This document shows, one piece after another, positions 1 to 8,130 of a stretch of 24,613 bases of DNA. Position 1 is the stretch's first letter. Each line of letters opens with the position of its first letter. Origin of the DNA: Elusimicrobiota bacterium (GTDB lineage: Bacteria; Elusimicrobiota; Elusimicrobia; Elusimicrobiales; UBA9959); NCBI GenBank assembly GCA_027340875.1, contig DAIENX010000109.1:1-24613 (forward strand). The letters are read 5' to 3'. A program made the translations under genes and the position numbers. The notes under the pieces were generated by a model. That model was not told the DNA's origin. It worked only from the letters and a program-made list of their open reading frames with translations, and did not search any database.

Positions 1-1569
1 ACCCCCAATTTCTGCAATTCCTGCCACATCATGAAGCCGTACTACGACGCCTGGAACGGCTCCAAGCACAACAAGATAGCCTGCGTGAAATGCCATTACC
101 CGCCTTCCACGCTGAAGACCCACATGTGGCAGAAGTTCCAGGCCCTGTCGCAGGTGGTCAAGTACGTGACCCGCACCTATTCCTCCAAGCCCTACGCCGA
201 GGTCGAGGACGCGGCCTGCCTCAACAACGGCTGCCATTCCACCCGCCTGCTGGAGGGCAAGGTGTACGACAAGGAGAAGAACGTAAAGTTCGACCATACC
301 CCGCACCTGACGGAGAAGCGCCGCGGCCGCCAGCTGCGCTGCACCTCCTGCCATTCGCAGATCATGGTGGGCAAGCATATGGAGGTCACCTTCGACACCT
401 GCTTCCTGTGCCACTTCAAGGGGATGGGCTTCGGCAAGGACCTGAAACCGATAGCCGGCTGCCTGTCCTGCCACGACCTGCCCGCGCAGAATTTCAAGAT
501 GGGCAATATCACCTACAACCACAAGGACTTCGTGACGAAGCAGAAGGTGAGCTGCTATAACTGCCACCTGAACGTGGTGCAGGGCAACGGAGACGCGCGG
601 AAGGACCGCTGCTTCACCTGCCACAACCAGCCCGAGAAGCTGGAGCGCTTCGGCGACATCCCGTTCATCCACGAGAATCACGTGACCAAGCATCACGTGG
701 CCTGCTTCCACTGCCACGACGAGATCAAGCACGGTTTCACGGAGGCCAAGACGAACGAGGCCGCCGCGCCCTCCGGCGGACTGAAGAACCACCCGGACAT
801 GCTCTCGTTGAACTGCGCTGACTGCCACAGCGGCAAGCACGCGGGCCAGCTGGAGATGTACACCGGCAACGCGCCGGCCACCGGCCTGCCGGCGATGCCC
901 AGCCCGATGTACCAGGCCAAGGTGGCCTGCGTGGGCTGCCATTACAAGGATTCCGCGCCGGGAACGGCCGAGTTCTCCGGCACCACCGAGAAGGCCTCTT
1001 CCGAGGCCTGCGTGAAGTGCCATGGCCAGAAGTTCAAGGGCATCTGGGAGGAGACCCGCGACGAGCTCTCCAGGACCATAACCGAGCTGACGCCCAAGCT
1101 GGAGGCCGCCCGGGCCGCCCTGGCCAAGGCCGGGCTCAAGGGCCCGGACCAGTCGGCAGCCTTGGCCGAGATGGCTTCCGCAGACCACCAGCTCCGCTTC
1201 GTGCGCTACGGCCGCGGCGAGCACAATATCTACCTGGCCTCGGAGGCCCTGCGCCGCGTGGACAAGGCCCTGTCGGACGTCGGCCGGAAGACCGGCGTGT
1301 CGCTGAAGGACGTCTCGGCCCTGCCGCTGATCTCCGGCAGCTACTGCGCCACGATGTGCCACAGCGCTCTCGGCGTGAAAGTGCCTCCGGAGACCGTCCG
1401 CGTGCCTTCGTCCATAGGCGTGCCGGCCGTGGCGGGCAAGACGATGCCGCATAAGCAGCACACGGAAATGACCGGCTGCGCCCAGTGCCACCAGCTCGGC
1501 GCGCACAAGCAGGTGCCGCTGAAGAAGAACGTAGGCAAGGAAGTCTGCTCCGGCTGTCACGGCGGCTAG
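1..1569 (+). CDS. Large multiheme cytochrome c (about 15 hemes) with NapC/NirT-like N-terminal region; 5' end lies outside the window
   Basis: The frame is open from base 1 (TPNFCNSCHIMKPYYDAW...HNKIACVKCH, a NapC/NirT-type start). It has 13 CxxCH motifs plus CLNNGCH and CATMCH, and a helical block ending in G-E-H-N before the last three motifs. Stop TAG at 1567-1569. Confidence 0.93.
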   Translation, partial: TPNFCNSCHIMKPYYDAWNGSKHNKIACVKCHYPPSTLKTHMWQKFQALSQVVKYVTRTYSSKPYAEVEDAACLNNGCHSTRLLEGKVYDKEKNVKFDHTPHLTEKRRGRQLRCTSCHSQIMVGKHMEVTFDTCFLCHFKGMGFGKDLKPIAGCLSCHDLPAQNFKMGNITYNHKDFVTKQKVSCYNCHLNVVQGNGDARKDRCFTCHNQPEKLERFGDIPFIHENHVTKHHVACFHCHDEIKHGFTEAKTNEAAAPSGGLKNHPDMLSLNCADCHSGKHAGQLEMYTGNAPATGLPAMPSPMYQAKVACVGCHYKDSAPGTAEFSGTTEKASSEACVKCHGQKFKGIWEETRDELSRTITELTPKLEAARAALAKAGLKGPDQSAALAEMASADHQLRFVRYGRGEHNIYLASEALRRVDKALSDVGRKTGVSLKDVSALPLISGSYCATMCHSALGVKVPPETVRVPSSIGVPAVAGKTMPHKQHTEMTGCAQCHQLGAHKQVPLKKNVGKEVCSGCHGG

Positions 1570-1591
1570 CTGCCGCCCGTCAGGAAGGCGA

Positions 1592-1625
1592 AGGAAGGCC
1601 CGGCAATGCCGGGCCTTCCTCTTTT
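1592..1625 (+). terminator. Rho-independent terminator after the multiheme cytochrome gene
   Basis: 14-bp inverted repeat aggaaggcccggca-a-tgccgggccttcct followed by ctttt, 22 nt after the stop. Confidence 0.75.
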
Positions 1626-1880
1626 ATCCTCTCCGTCAGAAACCACGGGGCTTTTTAAGGCCGTGCATGAATGGCAGTTCGGAGCTAAACAGAGGCTGGT
1701 TTTCCTTGATGCGCGGGTGGCGGCGGATTCGGGTGCGGAGGGCCGTCGCGCAGGCCCGAGCTTGCGGAGCGTGAGGGCCGAGCGGGAGCGCGGCCACGGT
1801 GTGGCCGATAGCGTGCCCGACGACCCGAACCGCCGACAGGACCCGCGCACATGCGGTAGCATCCAGAAGCCACGGCCTTA
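1622..1880 (+). repeat. Structured non-coding element, copy 1 (candidate ncRNA or MITE-like repeat; stem-bounded core 1657-1879)
   Basis: Intergenic between convergent genes. Terminal inverted repeat taaggccgtg (1656-1665) / cacggcctta (1871-1880). Nested stems gcgcgggt/acccgcgc and cggcgg/ccgccg, and hairpin cggccac-ggt-gtggccg. Homologous to the reverse complement of 23013-23270. Confidence 0.8.
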
Positions 1881-1892
1881 TAGCGGGGAGTT

Positions 1893-2621
1893 TTATTTGT
1901 CGTCGTGCGGCTGGGTCGCCCTGCCCGCGGCCAGCGAGACCCAGATGCTCAGCTCGTAAAGGGCCAGCATCGGGGCCGCGAACATCAGCATGTTGAAGAT
2001 GTCGGAGGTCGGGGTGATCACCGCGGCCGTTATCAGGATGGCCACTATCGCGTAGCGGTACTTCCCGCGCAGGAAGCGGTGATCTATCACGCCCAGCCGG
2101 GTCAGCACGTAGCTGAGCACCGGCATCTCGAAGACCAGGCCGCAGCCCAGCGCGGTCCAGACCACGAACGAGATGTAGCTCTGTGCGGAGATCATCGGCA
2201 GCAGGTCCGGGCCGGCGAAGCCGAGCAGGAACTTGAGCGCCGGGGGTATCAGCACGAAGAACGAGAACAGCACTCCGGCAGCGAAGGAGGCGGTAACGGC
2301 GGCCACGAAGAGGGCCGGCCCTTTCCTGAGGCGGCCGGTCATGGCCGGCTCGACGAACTTCCAGGCCTGGTACAGCAGGAACGGCATGGAGGCCGCGAGC
2401 CCGGCAGCGAAGGAGATGTTAAGGTAGATGGCCAACGCCTCGGTGGGGGAGAAGAAGACCAGCTTCTGGACGCTGCCCTCCAGCGGCCGCCTGAGCAGCT
2501 GGAAAAAGTAGGAAGAGTAATTGAAGGAGATGCCCGCGGCGACGGCGAAAAAGACGAAGGAAGAGATCAGTCTCTTCCTCAGCTCGTCAAGATGGGCGGT
2601 CAGCGGCCGTTCCTGGTCCAT
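1893..2621 (-). CDS. tatC: Twin-arginine translocase subunit TatC
   Basis: PLTAHLDELRKRL, SPTE, YQAWKFVEP, GLVFEMP and AAVITPTSD motifs; about six hydrophobic segments. Confidence 0.96.
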   Translation of the reverse strand: MDQERPLTAHLDELRKRLISSFVFFAVAAGISFNYSSYFFQLLRRPLEGSVQKLVFFSPTEALAIYLNISFAAGLAASMPFLLYQAWKFVEPAMTGRLRKGPALFVAAVTASFAAGVLFSFFVLIPPALKFLLGFAGPDLLPMISAQSYISFVVWTALGCGLVFEMPVLSYVLTRLGVIDHRFLRGKYRYAIVAILITAAVITPTSDIFNMLMFAAPMLALYELSIWVSLAAGRATQPHDDK

Positions 2622-2679
2622 CGCGGCATGGAGGGGCGGCGGGCGGCCTCCGCCTCCCGCCGGCCCGCTGCGGTCTGCG

Positions 2680-2865
2680 CTACTTCTGTTCCTTGGTCTC
2701 AGGGGCGGTATCGTCGGCCAGGCCTTCCTTGAGGCCCTTCTTCAGCTCTTTGATCGTGACGCCGACGGTCTTGCCCAGCTCCGGCAGCCTCTTGGTGCCG
2801 AAGAGCACCAGGCAGATAATGCCGATCACCAGCAGCTCCGGGGTGCCCATTCCGAATATCCTCAT
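2680..2865 (-). CDS. tatA: Twin-arginine translocase subunit TatA/E (61 aa)
   Basis: MRIFGMGTPELLVIGIICLVLFGTKRLPELGKTVGVTIKELKKG: TM helix, FG hinge and amphipathic helix. GGAGG lies just upstream of ATG 2865. The ORF-track extension to 4020 is spurious. Confidence 0.94.
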   Translation of the reverse strand: MRIFGMGTPELLVIGIICLVLFGTKRLPELGKTVGVTIKELKKGLKEGLADDTAPETKEQK

Positions 2866-2888
2866 ATTCCCTCCAGTCTTTCTTGTCC

Positions 2889-4106
2889 CTACCCGTTCGC
2901 CGCCGTCCCGCTCTCCTCTTTCTCCCACGGGGGGAGGAGGTACAGGAGGCCGGCGAGTATGATGAACGGCAGGACCTCGAGCGTTATGGCGCTCAGCAGG
3001 CCCTCGCGGCCCGCCAGCTCCATCTTGTAGGTGGTGAAGCCCAGGAAGCTCTTGGAGAAGAACTGCCCGCCTATCACCACGTTCCAGCGCATCGCGAGTA
3101 TGCCTATCAGCGCGAGGCTGCCGGCCAGCGCGTAGAAGAACTTGCGCGCCTTTTCCGAAAGCGAGACCAGCTGCGTTATCGACAGCAGGATGATGGGCGT
3201 CACCGAGCCCATCAATATCTGTATCAGTATCATGCTGACGAAGAGCTTGCCTTCCACCAGCAGGCTGATGATGTCGAAGTGTTCCTCGGCCTCGTAGATG
3301 GTCTGGATGCTCTCCAGCATCTCGAGCGAGAAGGCCACGATGATGGCCGTCAGCAGGAACTTGGCTATCATGTCCAGGCAGGGCATGTCTATCTTGACGT
3401 TGCGGACCCAGTTGAGGAACATGTAGATCAGCATCACGCCGGCTATGCCGGAGGCCATCGCGGAGAAGATGAAGATGACCGGCATCAGCGGCGAGGACCA
3501 CCACGGGTTGGCCTTGATCGAGCCGAAGATGAAGCCGACGTAGCCGTGCAGCAGCAGGGCGGAAGGCAGGCCGACGACCGTCAGGAATTTGCCCACTTTG
3601 TCGTCTATCTCCAGCGAGCGGGGTGAGATATTGTCCACGCCCAGCGTAAGGACCTTGTAGACCAGCCGCTTGGGCCAGAACTTCTCGCTCCTGGACCAGA
3701 GCACGATCTCCTTGCGGTAGTCCAGCCAGATCTCCATCAGCAGCACCACCATCAGGTACCAGATGTAGACGAAGCCGAACATGGCCATCGCGGAGGAGGT
3801 GTGCGGGGTCAGGAAGATCTCGAAGCCGCGCTCCGGGTGGCCCAGGTGCATGTTGAGCGGCAGGGGAGCCACCAGCAGGAAGGCCAGCGCCACCAGCAGC
3901 GCCAGCCGGTAGGTGGGCTTTATGACCTTGACGTCGAAGACGCGCTCCAGCGAGGCCAGCACGAAGGCGCCGGCCACGAGCCCCGTGATGTACGGGTAGA
4001 GCACTATCAGCACGCTCCACTGCAGTTCCAGCTCGTTCGGATAGATGAACCCGGTGACCAGGTGCAGCGCGTCGCGCAGCGCCGGGATGACGGAATGGTC
4101 GAACAT
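2889..4106 (-). CDS. nrfD: NrfD/PsrC-family membrane quinol-interacting subunit
   Basis: WSVLIVLYPYITGLVAGAF, HLGHPER, LLHGYVGFIFG...PWWSSPLMPVIF and MRWNVVIGGQ motifs; many TM helices. The ATG at 4106 overlaps the upstream TGA (TGATG) and has GGAGG upstream. The symbol denotes the family, not proven orthology. Confidence 0.9.
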   Translation of the reverse strand: MFDHSVIPALRDALHLVTGFIYPNELELQWSVLIVLYPYITGLVAGAFVLASLERVFDVKVIKPTYRLALLVALAFLLVAPLPLNMHLGHPERGFEIFLTPHTSSAMAMFGFVYIWYLMVVLLMEIWLDYRKEIVLWSRSEKFWPKRLVYKVLTLGVDNISPRSLEIDDKVGKFLTVVGLPSALLLHGYVGFIFGSIKANPWWSSPLMPVIFIFSAMASGIAGVMLIYMFLNWVRNVKIDMPCLDMIAKFLLTAIIVAFSLEMLESIQTIYEAEEHFDIISLLVEGKLFVSMILIQILMGSVTPIILLSITQLVSLSEKARKFFYALAGSLALIGILAMRWNVVIGGQFFSKSFLGFTTYKMELAGREGLLSAITLEVLPFIILAGLLYLLPPWEKEESGTAANG

Positions 4107-4867
4107 CAGCGGACCTCCTTCGTGATGCCCTTGTAGACCACTTTCGGCTCCGTGCCGATGTGCGCCTTCAGCACCTGCGTGGGTTCGTACTCGTAGAACC
4201 TGGAGATGGCGCTGTTGGGGTCGCTCAGGTCGCCGAACATGCGCGCGCCGGTGGGGCAGCACTCCACGCAGGCGGTCTTCTGGCCGCGCTTGATGCGGTG
4301 GTAGCAGAGCGTGCACTTGTCGGCCACGTGCTTGACCGGGTGGAAGTAGCGGCTGCCGTAGGGGCAGGCCTGGATGCAGTAGCGGCAGCCGATGCAGTAC
4401 TTCTGGTCCACCAGCACCACGCCGTCCTCCGACTTGAAAGTGGCCCCGACAGGGCAGACCTGTACGCAGGGGGAATGCTCGCAGTGGTTGCAGAGCTTGG
4501 GAACGAAGAAGCTGCGGGTGACGGTCTCCGGGTCCTGGATGTCGGACCAGGGGTCTATGCCGCCGTTAGGGGACTCCACCTGCACTTCCCCGCTGCGGCG
4601 CAGGATGTAACGCTCCACCCAGGTGCGGAAGTAGAAGGGTTCGCGCGGGACGTCGTTCTCGTTCTTGCAGGCGTCGGCGCAGCGGCCGCAGCCGATGCAC
4701 TTGGTGACGTCTATCGCGTAGCCCCAGTAGGGCTTCTTCCTCTTCCAGGGCGGCTCGCGGAAGAACTTGTCCGCCGCCTCCAGCGGCGCCGCGAAGGCCT
4801 TGGTGGCGGCCACGAAGGCGGCGCCTACGGCGGTCTTCAGGAACTGGCTGCGGGTGAATTTTCTCAT
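4106..4867 (-). CDS. NrfC/PsrB-like 4x[4Fe-4S] electron-transfer subunit with a Tat-like leader
   Basis: CIGCGRCADAC, CNHCEHSPCVQVCP, CIGCRYCIQACP and CTLC...CVECCP cluster motifs; N-terminus MRKFTRSQFLKTAVGAAFVAATKAFA. Confidence 0.93.
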   Translation of the reverse strand: MRKFTRSQFLKTAVGAAFVAATKAFAAPLEAADKFFREPPWKRKKPYWGYAIDVTKCIGCGRCADACKNENDVPREPFYFRTWVERYILRRSGEVQVESPNGGIDPWSDIQDPETVTRSFFVPKLCNHCEHSPCVQVCPVGATFKSEDGVVLVDQKYCIGCRYCIQACPYGSRYFHPVKHVADKCTLCYHRIKRGQKTACVECCPTGARMFGDLSDPNSAISRFYEYEPTQVLKAHIGTEPKVVYKGITKEVR

Positions 4868-4897
4868 AATAGCCCCGTGTATCCGTATTTCAGGCCG

Positions 4898-5353
4898 TCA
4901 CATCGGCTGGTGCGGCTGGTGGCACATGTTGCAGGGCGCGTCCGGGTTGTGGGCGGCCAGGTCTATCTGCGGGAACTTGGCCGGCTTGGAGACGGACCTG
5001 GCGTGGCAGCGGCCGCAGAAAGCGCGCATTTCGGCTTCCTTGGGCCTGCGCGGTTTAACGTCCGATCTGGGGTTGTCGGCGTGCGCCAGCAGTGCTCCAT
5101 GGCAGCTCTCGCAGGCTATGCGCTTGTGGCTGGATTTTGCCTTTTCCGCGGCCTGCTGGGAGTGGCAGCGTTTGCAGGCGTCCTCGCCGGCGTAGCGCAT
5201 AGGCAGGGCGGCTATCTCGTCCACCGAAGCGGCCCGGTAATGGCCGTATTTTCCGAAGCTTTCCGGCACCAGCAGGTGGCGGATGCCGAGGAAGCCGACT
5301 ATAGCGGCGGCGAAGATCACCGCCACCCGCAGGAGGTGCTGTATATCTTTCAT
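4898..5353 (-). CDS. Membrane-anchored tetraheme cytochrome c
   Basis: N-terminal hydrophobic helix (LLRVAVIFAAAIVGFLGI) followed by CKRCH, CESCH, CGRCH and CNMCH. Start taken at ATG 5353. Confidence 0.88.
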   Translation of the reverse strand: MKDIQHLLRVAVIFAAAIVGFLGIRHLLVPESFGKYGHYRAASVDEIAALPMRYAGEDACKRCHSQQAAEKAKSSHKRIACESCHGALLAHADNPRSDVKPRRPKEAEMRAFCGRCHARSVSKPAKFPQIDLAAHNPDAPCNMCHQPHQPM

Positions 5354-5438
5354 ATTTGGGTTCAAAGGAGATTGAATCAAATTTAATATATAAAATAAAG
5401 ACGTTCCGGGCCTCGGGTGGTCCCCCGCATTGTCAAAA

Positions 5439-5447
5439 TGCTAAAAT
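5439..5447 (+). promoter_or_regulatory. Putative extended -10 element (TGcTAAAAT) for the cytochrome c maturation operon
   Basis: Matches TGnTANNNT in the AT-rich divergent intergenic region. The same 9-mer precedes the MFS gene at 20529. Confidence 0.45.
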
Positions 5448-5495
5448 AAAAGTTCCCCCGCTTGCCGGGGAGACTGCGAACTGCCGCGACTTCCT

Positions 5496-6551
5496 ATGAG
5501 CAAACTTATAAACCAACTGGCGTCTTTAAGGTTCTTCTTCATCATCTCGGTCCTGTTGCTCGTCGCCTTCATCATAGGCGGCGTTATCCCGCAGGGACAG
5601 AGCCCCGAGGATTACAAGGCCATGCTTGGCAGCCTGGGCACGCTGCTGGTCATGAACCTGCGGCTGGACAACGTCTTCTCCAGCGCCTGGTTCATGCTGC
5701 TGCTGGCGGCGGGCGCGCTGAACATGCTGGCCTGCACCGTGAAGCAGTGGAAAGTGCTCAAACACCGTCCGGGAGTCTTCCTCAGCCACCTGGGCGTCTT
5801 CCTGATGTTCATCGGCGGCGCCGTCGGCGGCCTTTTCGCCACGCACGGCATCCTCCCGCTGGAGACCGGCGCCCCCCGGTCCGACTTCTTCCTCCGGACC
5901 GGCGGAATGGCGGAGATGCCCTTCCAGGTGCTGCTGAAGGAGTTCAACATCCGCTACTGGGACGATGAAAAACACGTTATCCACGTGCTTAAGACGGCCG
6001 GCGCGCCAGGCATGGAGCAGGAAGGCGTGGTGGAATCGGTGGAGGTCAAGCCCGGGCAGGACGTGCAGTTCAAGTCCGGAGCCCCCGCCCTTGCCGTGCT
6101 CAATTTCTACCCCAACTTCTCCATAGGCGAGAACGGCCCGGTCAGCCTCAGCGACGCCAGGGTCAACCCGGCCCTTACCGTGAAGCAGGCCGGGGTCAAG
6201 GCGGCGAAGATGAGCTACCTGTTCGCCGCCCATCCGGATTTCCACGGCATGGCGGACACCGGGGGTTACCGCTTCGTCTACGAGTACCGCCCCGGCCAGA
6301 TAAAGCAGTTCGAGAGCCGCATAGCCGTCCTCGAGGACGGCAGGGAGAAGCTGGAGAAGGTCATCAACGTGAACACGCCGCTGACCTACAGGGGCTACCG
6401 CTTCTACCAGTCCGGCTACGACGAGAACAATCTGAACGCGTCAACGCTGCAGGTCGCCAAGGACCCCAGCGTGATCGTGATATACGCCGGGTTCCTGATC
6501 CTGATGGCCGGGCTGACCTGGGCCTTCTGGAAGGAGATGGCGGCCAAGTAA
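5496..6551 (+). CDS. resB: Cytochrome c biogenesis protein ResB/CcsB (System II)
   Basis: LASLRFF...GGVIPQ, NVFSSAWF..LL..N..AC, TM histidine (FLSHLG), VNTPLTYRGYRFYQSGY, and C-terminal KDPSVIVIYAG TM segment; directly upstream of ccsA. Confidence 0.9.
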   Translation: MSKLINQLASLRFFFIISVLLLVAFIIGGVIPQGQSPEDYKAMLGSLGTLLVMNLRLDNVFSSAWFMLLLAAGALNMLACTVKQWKVLKHRPGVFLSHLGVFLMFIGGAVGGLFATHGILPLETGAPRSDFFLRTGGMAEMPFQVLLKEFNIRYWDDEKHVIHVLKTAGAPGMEQEGVVESVEVKPGQDVQFKSGAPALAVLNFYPNFSIGENGPVSLSDARVNPALTVKQAGVKAAKMSYLFAAHPDFHGMADTGGYRFVYEYRPGQIKQFESRIAVLEDGREKLEKVINVNTPLTYRGYRFYQSGYDENNLNASTLQVAKDPSVIVIYAGFLILMAGLTWAFWKEMAAK

Positions 6552-6584
6552 GGAGCGCCGCTCCGGCGGCGGGAGGTGACAAGC

Positions 6585-7382
6585 ATGATGCAGATCGCTC
6601 TTAAACTTTCTTTCGTGTTCTACGGCATGGCCGTGGGGCTGACGCTGGTGGGCTTCCTGCTCAACAAAAAGTGGAAGTTCCTCTATTCCGGCCATTCGCT
6701 GCTGGCGGGCTGGGCCGCCAGCACCGCCTATATAATCTCCCGCTGGTACCTGGGCGGGCGCGCGCCGATGTCCAACCAGTACGAGTCCATGATCTTCCTG
6801 ATCTGGGCCTTCGTGGCGGCTTTCCTGGTGTTCCGGAAGTTCTCGGTCCGCGACATGGAATGGCTCTCGCCCTGGACGGGCATGGTGGCGCTGCTGGCCC
6901 TGGGCTCGGCCTCCTTCCTGGAGTCCGACATCACGCCGCTGGTGCCCGCGCTGCAGTCGAACTGGCTGCTGATACATGTCAGTACCGTGATGACCGGCTA
7001 CGGCGCGCTGCTGCTGTCCTTCCTGGGCGGCGCGGTGCTGCTGTTCACGGACAAGGGCCAGACCGAGAAGCGCCAGGGCCTGGAGTCCATCACCTACCGC
7101 TCCTGCCTGGTGGGCTTCTGGCTGCTCAGCATGGGCATAATCACCGGCGCGGTCTGGGCCAATTCCGCCTGGGGCTCCTACTGGTCCTGGGACCCGAAGG
7201 AGACCTGGTCGCTGATCACCTGGCTCTACTACGCCGTGGCCATCCACCTGCGCCGCACGCGCGGCTGGAGGGAGGATAAGTTCGCCCACCTGATGATCTG
7301 GGGCTTCGTCCTGGTGATGTTCACCTATTTCGGAGTTAATTACCTGATGAGCGGGCTTCACAGCTACGGCCGCGGCCGCTGA
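6585..7382 (+). CDS. ccsA: Cytochrome c biogenesis protein CcsA/ResC (System II heme lyase)
   Basis: APMSNQYES, LVPALQSNWLLIH, the WWD motif WGSYWSWDPKETW, and GLHSY. GGAGGT lies 7 nt before ATG 6585. Confidence 0.96.
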   Translation: MMQIALKLSFVFYGMAVGLTLVGFLLNKKWKFLYSGHSLLAGWAASTAYIISRWYLGGRAPMSNQYESMIFLIWAFVAAFLVFRKFSVRDMEWLSPWTGMVALLALGSASFLESDITPLVPALQSNWLLIHVSTVMTGYGALLLSFLGGAVLLFTDKGQTEKRQGLESITYRSCLVGFWLLSMGIITGAVWANSAWGSYWSWDPKETWSLITWLYYAVAIHLRRTRGWREDKFAHLMIWGFVLVMFTYFGVNYLMSGLHSYGRGR

Positions 7383-7419
7383 GCCGGGCCTCCGCTGGCT
7401 GACCCTTTAAGGAGATATT

Positions 7420-8130
7420 ATGCGCAAACTGATAATTTCGGCCGTATTCGTGCTGGCCGCCTCCGCGGCTTCCGCCCAGCAGACGGTGTCCGGCAAGGTC
7501 GCGGAGGTCATGAGCTCCGGCAACTATACCTATGTCAGAGTGGAGAGCGGCAAGAAATCGTCGTGGGTGGCCACCTCCCAGCAGGAGATAAAGAAGGGGC
7601 AGAGCATCTCCTTCACCGGGATGATGATGCAGGATTTCTTCAGCAAGAGCCTTAACAGGACCTTTAAGGAGATCCTGTTCTCCGAAAGGCCCAACAACTC
7701 CGGCAAGGCCTCCCCGCACGGCGCGTCCGCTTCGGGCGCTTCGCCGCACGGCGGCGCCGGCAAGGCCGAGTCCCCCGGGCCGGTCAAGCTGCCGGAGCTT
7801 TTCGCCATCAAGCTGGCGAAGGCCGAAGGCCCCGACGGCTATACCGTGGCGGAGCTGTACGCCAAGGGCAAGGCCCTCAACGGCAAGAAGGTGGCCGTGC
7901 GCGGCAAGGTGGTGAAGTTCTCCGAAGGCATCATGAACCGCAACTGGGTGCATCTCCAGGACGGTTCGGGCGACGCGAAGAAGGGCACCCACGACCTCGT
8001 GGTGACCACCGACGGGACCGCCAAGCCGGGCGAAACCATCACCGTCCGCGGCGTGCTCGCCAGCGACAAGGATTTCGGCTACGGCTACGCCTACTCCGTG
8101 ATAGTGGAGAAGGCCGAGCTCAAGAAGTAG
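7420..8130 (+). CDS. Secreted protein with two probable OB-fold-like beta domains (NrfJ-related)
   Basis: Signal peptide (ASA-Q), AAGGAG RBS, and the blocks [27 protein letters not shown] and DFGYGYAY. The linker carries SPHG twice. Family assignment is from recollection. Confidence 0.7.
   Translation: MRKLIISAVFVLAASAASAQQTVSGKVAEVMSSGNYTYVRVESGKKSSWVATSQQEIKKGQSISFTGMMMQDFFSKSLNRTFKEILFSERPNNSGKASPHGASASGASPHGGAGKAESPGPVKLPELFAIKLAKAEGPDGYTVAELYAKGKALNGKKVAVRGKVVKFSEGIMNRNWVHLQDGSGDAKKGTHDLVVTTDGTAKPGETITVRGVLASDKDFGYGYAYSVIVEKAELKK

Noticed and set aside
1606..1996. Short ORFs over the repeated element that share peptides with the ORFs at 22800-23132 and 22883-23092 (NRRQDPR, TADRTRA)
   Set aside because: The similarity appears in several frames at once, includes indels, and follows base pairing, so it reflects nucleotide-level conservation rather than a protein.
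2866..4020. Apparent 446-aa protein ending in a TatA domain
   Set aside because: The upstream part is an alternate frame of the NrfD-like gene; tatA has its own RBS and ATG at 2865.
5372..5380. ttgaatcaa as an FNR box in the divergent respiratory promoter
   Set aside because: The half-site spacing is wrong for TTGAT-N4-ATCAA, and short palindromes are expected in AT-rich DNA.
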